64,000 nucleotides of DNA from Iphione sp. A-MEVVRFRX5 (lineage: Eukaryota), in assembly GCA_976226885.1 (NCBI GenBank), contig OZ320314.1:20956001-21020000 (forward strand), read 5' to 3'. How positions within the stretch are numbered: the first letter of the stretch is position 1; each line of letters starts with the position of its first letter. Shown here piece after piece: positions 60,783 through 64,000 of this stretch. The notes beneath the pieces were generated by a model. It ran no database searches. It saw nothing but the letters and a program-made list of their open reading frames with translations, and was not told where the DNA came from. The position numbers and the translations under genes were made by a program.

Positions 60783-63138
60783 ACTTTAGTACCAGAATAG
60801 GACACAAGGTTAAAAAAAACAGGCACGGAGGAGGAGGAGGGAGCCATGGCAGAGGTGCCAGGGGTTGAGGCAGTTTTTGGGGCCACTGCGGTTTTTCCAG
60901 GACCATGCAGCTTTCAGCACTAGCAGTATCAGCAGCAGCCACTCCCTCAACTGCAGTATCAGCCATAGCCACAGTAGCAACCAAAGCCCCAAAGCAGCAG
61001 CAGCAACAGCCAGTCAGAATATAGGTTTCCCAGCAGGCAATTAGGGTTGCATTTGGAAGACAATGGGCTAGGATGACTTCAGACAAGGAGGTCTTAGAGC
61101 CAGTTTCTGGCCATAAGCTTGACCTTACATCTATGCCCTGTCAGGCAGTAAGTCCTAGACCAATTCCTTTCGGGGAGGCCGAGTCTAAGTTTTCTTCAGG
61201 AAGAATTGTCTAACCTGCTTAGGGTAGATTTAATTTCTGTCCTGGATTCAATTTCACCTGATGCCTACTTTTCAAATATTTTCCTGAGGCCGAAGCCTAA
61301 TGGCTTCTCCAGGATGATATTGGACTTGTCTGAGTTGAGCATGATCACCAAGTATAAACATTTTAAGATGGAGACCTTGGAGACTGTTTTGCCTTCGGTA
61401 CCTGTAGACTGTTTTGTGGCATCAGTGGACCTGAAGAATGACTATCATACTATGCTGATTTAGTCTGTGCATAGGAAGTATTTGGCTTTTGCCTGGCAAG
61501 GCAAGGTCTATCAATATGATGTGTTGCCATTTGGTTTGTCTTCAATCCCAAGGATCTTTACTAAGATCATGGCACCTCCTTTGGCTCACTTGAGGGAGGA
61601 AGGCATAGTGTTAGCTTCTTGCATCAATATCATTTTCATTAGTAGGCATGCCCAGGAATATTCCTTGTTTGTTCCAACTGGCCTGGTGCCCTCTTCTGTT
61701 GTTCAGAAAGTCCAGGTTCAATATGCTGGACTATCTGGGCTGACCATCATAACCAAGGGCTATAAGAATTATGTTCCTTCATTGTTGAGTGCTGTCCTTA
61801 ATGGAAAGGATTTGTTGGCCGCCACACTGGCAATGATGTTGTGCTCTTGGTGGCCAAGACCAGGTTGGTCTATGACACATACCTCAAAAGGTGGAATACC
61901 TTATGTTATGAGAAGGATTAGGATCCTTTGAATCCAACATTTAAACAAGCCATGCATTTTCTCATGACTATGTAAAATAGAGGCATCAGGTATAGTGCCT
62001 TGAACACTGCAAGGAGTGTTTTGTCTGCAATCCTTCCTATGTTTCGAGGGTCTGCCTTTGGTAAGCTATCCAGACATGGTCAGGCTGCTTACTGGGTTTT
62101 TCAATGTGAGGCCTCCAGTTGCTTGAGTAGACTATACCTGGAATGCTTCCAAGGTTCTTGAATTTTTGAAATTGTGGTAACATTTGTGATCTTTGACTCT
62201 CAAAAAGCTCACTCTCAACTGTAACATGCTTTTGCTGCTTGCTAACAGTGGTAGGAGGCAGACCATCTGAAACATTCAGTTGTCAAATACATGTATATGT
62301 ATTCATCAGAGTGGTGATGGTAACCTGGAGATAGTTTTCACTAAGACTCTGAAGCAGTCTAGGAAGGGCAGGTGTGCCTCTAAGCTTAAGCTCTTGTTTT
62401 CACTGCTCAGCTAGAGGTGTGTGTGGTCAGATGTCTTAGAAAGTATATTTTCAGGACACCTACACTTTGGGCTAATCAAGGGGATGATTTTTTGTTCTTC
62501 TCTTTCACTGACTGTCTGTTTCCACCACCACTTTGGTAAGATGGACCAAAGAAGTTGTGGCACTGTCTGGTATAGACATGCAGCTGTTCTCTCATAGACA
62601 TGCAGCTGTTCTCTGCATATTCTATGAGATCTGACTCTCCTTTGAAGCTGGCAAAAATGGAAATGCTTTTTTGTCAAAATAATGAAGAGGGACATGTGGA
62701 GCCAAGCCAATATGTTCAAGTTATTTTACTTGAAGGATATCCAGGTTGACAAGAAGCAATAGGCTGTACAATCGACCTCTGAGGCTTCAGGCTTTGAAGT
62801 CTAAGGCAGACACCTTGTATCCTATCGTAGTACTAAAGTTAGTGGGTTCCACAAACTTATGAGTGAAATAGGACCTTGACTTTGTACCAGGATGATGACA
62901 CAGGTGTCTAACTGCCCACCTCTCCCTTTCTTTTTGGGTGTTTTTTGTTTTCCTTTATATTCACAGGCTTCACTTTCATCCTATTGCTGTGGAGTTCCTG
63001 ACTACTTTGAAAAGGTGAGCTTCAAGATACAGCTGGCAGTGGTAGCACCACCTTGACTATATCTCTGTTAGACAACTGTGTCCACATCCTGGTACAAAGT
63101 CAAGGTCATATTTCACTGGTAAGTCCATGTAATCCGTA
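60783..63138 (+). mobile_element. Second DIRS1-type element, internally deleted and older (~2.36 kb)
   Basis: Left end actttagtaccag at 60783; gag tail; RT remnants (SNIFLRPKPNG, KHFKMETLETV, DLKN, LPFGLSS..RIFTK); YR remnants 61900-62760; ICR ~62801-62914; right terminus ~63030-63138; many frameshifts. Confidence 0.9.
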
Positions 63139-64000
63139 GGTGAGTGTCTGGTTTGTATCAAGTCTGAAGTGCTAGAATTTTTTAAAGCACTTAATACATT
63201 GATAATTCTTGGTTCTTTGTTGAATCTGTCTACAATCCATGATGTCCAGATTAGCCAGTCGTCTGTATTCTGAGACTCCACTGTACATACACACAGATAC
63301 AAGTATACACACACACTCACTGATTTACTGTCTTTGCCACTGCACACATCATGGCTCCCTACCCTTCCAGCCCTACAGCCGAGGAGATGTTTATGGAGTA
63401 TAATAGACAGCATGGCAGCTGTGACCCAATCATGGGTAGAGCGGGAGTTGCCCTCCATGTCCTAGCCACCAACACACCATCAGTACATAAATCAGCAATG
63501 GCGCTTCCCCTCTCACAGCAGAGACAGCAGCAGTTCAGATGGTCCTACACAAACACCCAGAACAAACACCGACTCGCACAATACCACAAGACCCAACACC
63601 CCACACATCCTAGCCTGAAACGAAACACCCTGTTAGAAAGACATACTCAATGCAAATCAGGGTGCACTGGATATCACCCACATTAGTATCCAGGGAAATG
63701 AAGCAGGAAACCAAGCCACAATGGCAGCCTTCTCACCATTGACATGACCAGTGAGGAATACAGGTTGAGTCGCGCGGGACACAAGTTGCACAGCCGGGGT
63801 GGTGGTGGCAGCGGCGACAGCCGCGGGAGAAAGCTGGGAAAGTGTTGTCGCGCGCCCGGGGGTGATGGTATCATTTTCCCGAAGAATATTGTCACATTTT
63901 TCAATGTCTATGTCGCAAGTCTTGAGGAGTACTGCCACTAATTGCTGTGCAGCTAAAGAAAGTTGTCGCATTTTTCAATGGCTGTGTCGCACGTTTTTTT

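Noticed and set aside
63657-64000. Minus ORF with VFLTGHVNGEKAAIV, resembling a retroviral protease lead-in
   Set aside because: The catalytic D(S/T)G is absent and the region is cut by the window end; cannot be supported.

Overview
Eukaryotic (metazoan, probably invertebrate) genomic DNA with AT-rich introns, GC-rich exons and two assembly gaps (2154-2373, 59419-59574). Four host genes can be built from GT-AG exons with consistent phases: (1) a 2-exon, ~765-aa Ser/Thr/Arg-rich protein I do not recognise (+, 3734-6674); (2) MRPL28 (-, at least 4 coding exons, 7072-8565, conserved C-terminal exon not found); (3) a ~46-exon, ~2,170-aa TTC6 (+, ~12764-54603); (4) CCDC134 (-, 57496-60515, signal-peptide exon not found). 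The introns are rich in mobile DNA. A 3.8-kb Ty3/Gypsy-type LTR element (98% identical LTRs, 5-bp TSD, PBS, PPT) encodes one open Gag-protease ORF and no RT/RNaseH/integrase; it sits inside a decayed DIRS element. A 5.7-kb DIRS1-type tyrosine-recombinase retrotransposon has near-perfect inverted termini and ICR but broken ORFs, plus a 27-aa coding minisatellite in gag. There is also a second decayed DIRS, a 208-bp hairpin mini-DIRS, six short left-terminus-only DIRS relics, a tRNA-derived SINE, LINE and possible Penelope fragments, MITE candidates and simple repeats. All exon models and alignments were done by eye; gene names rest on recalled family sequences, not database searches.
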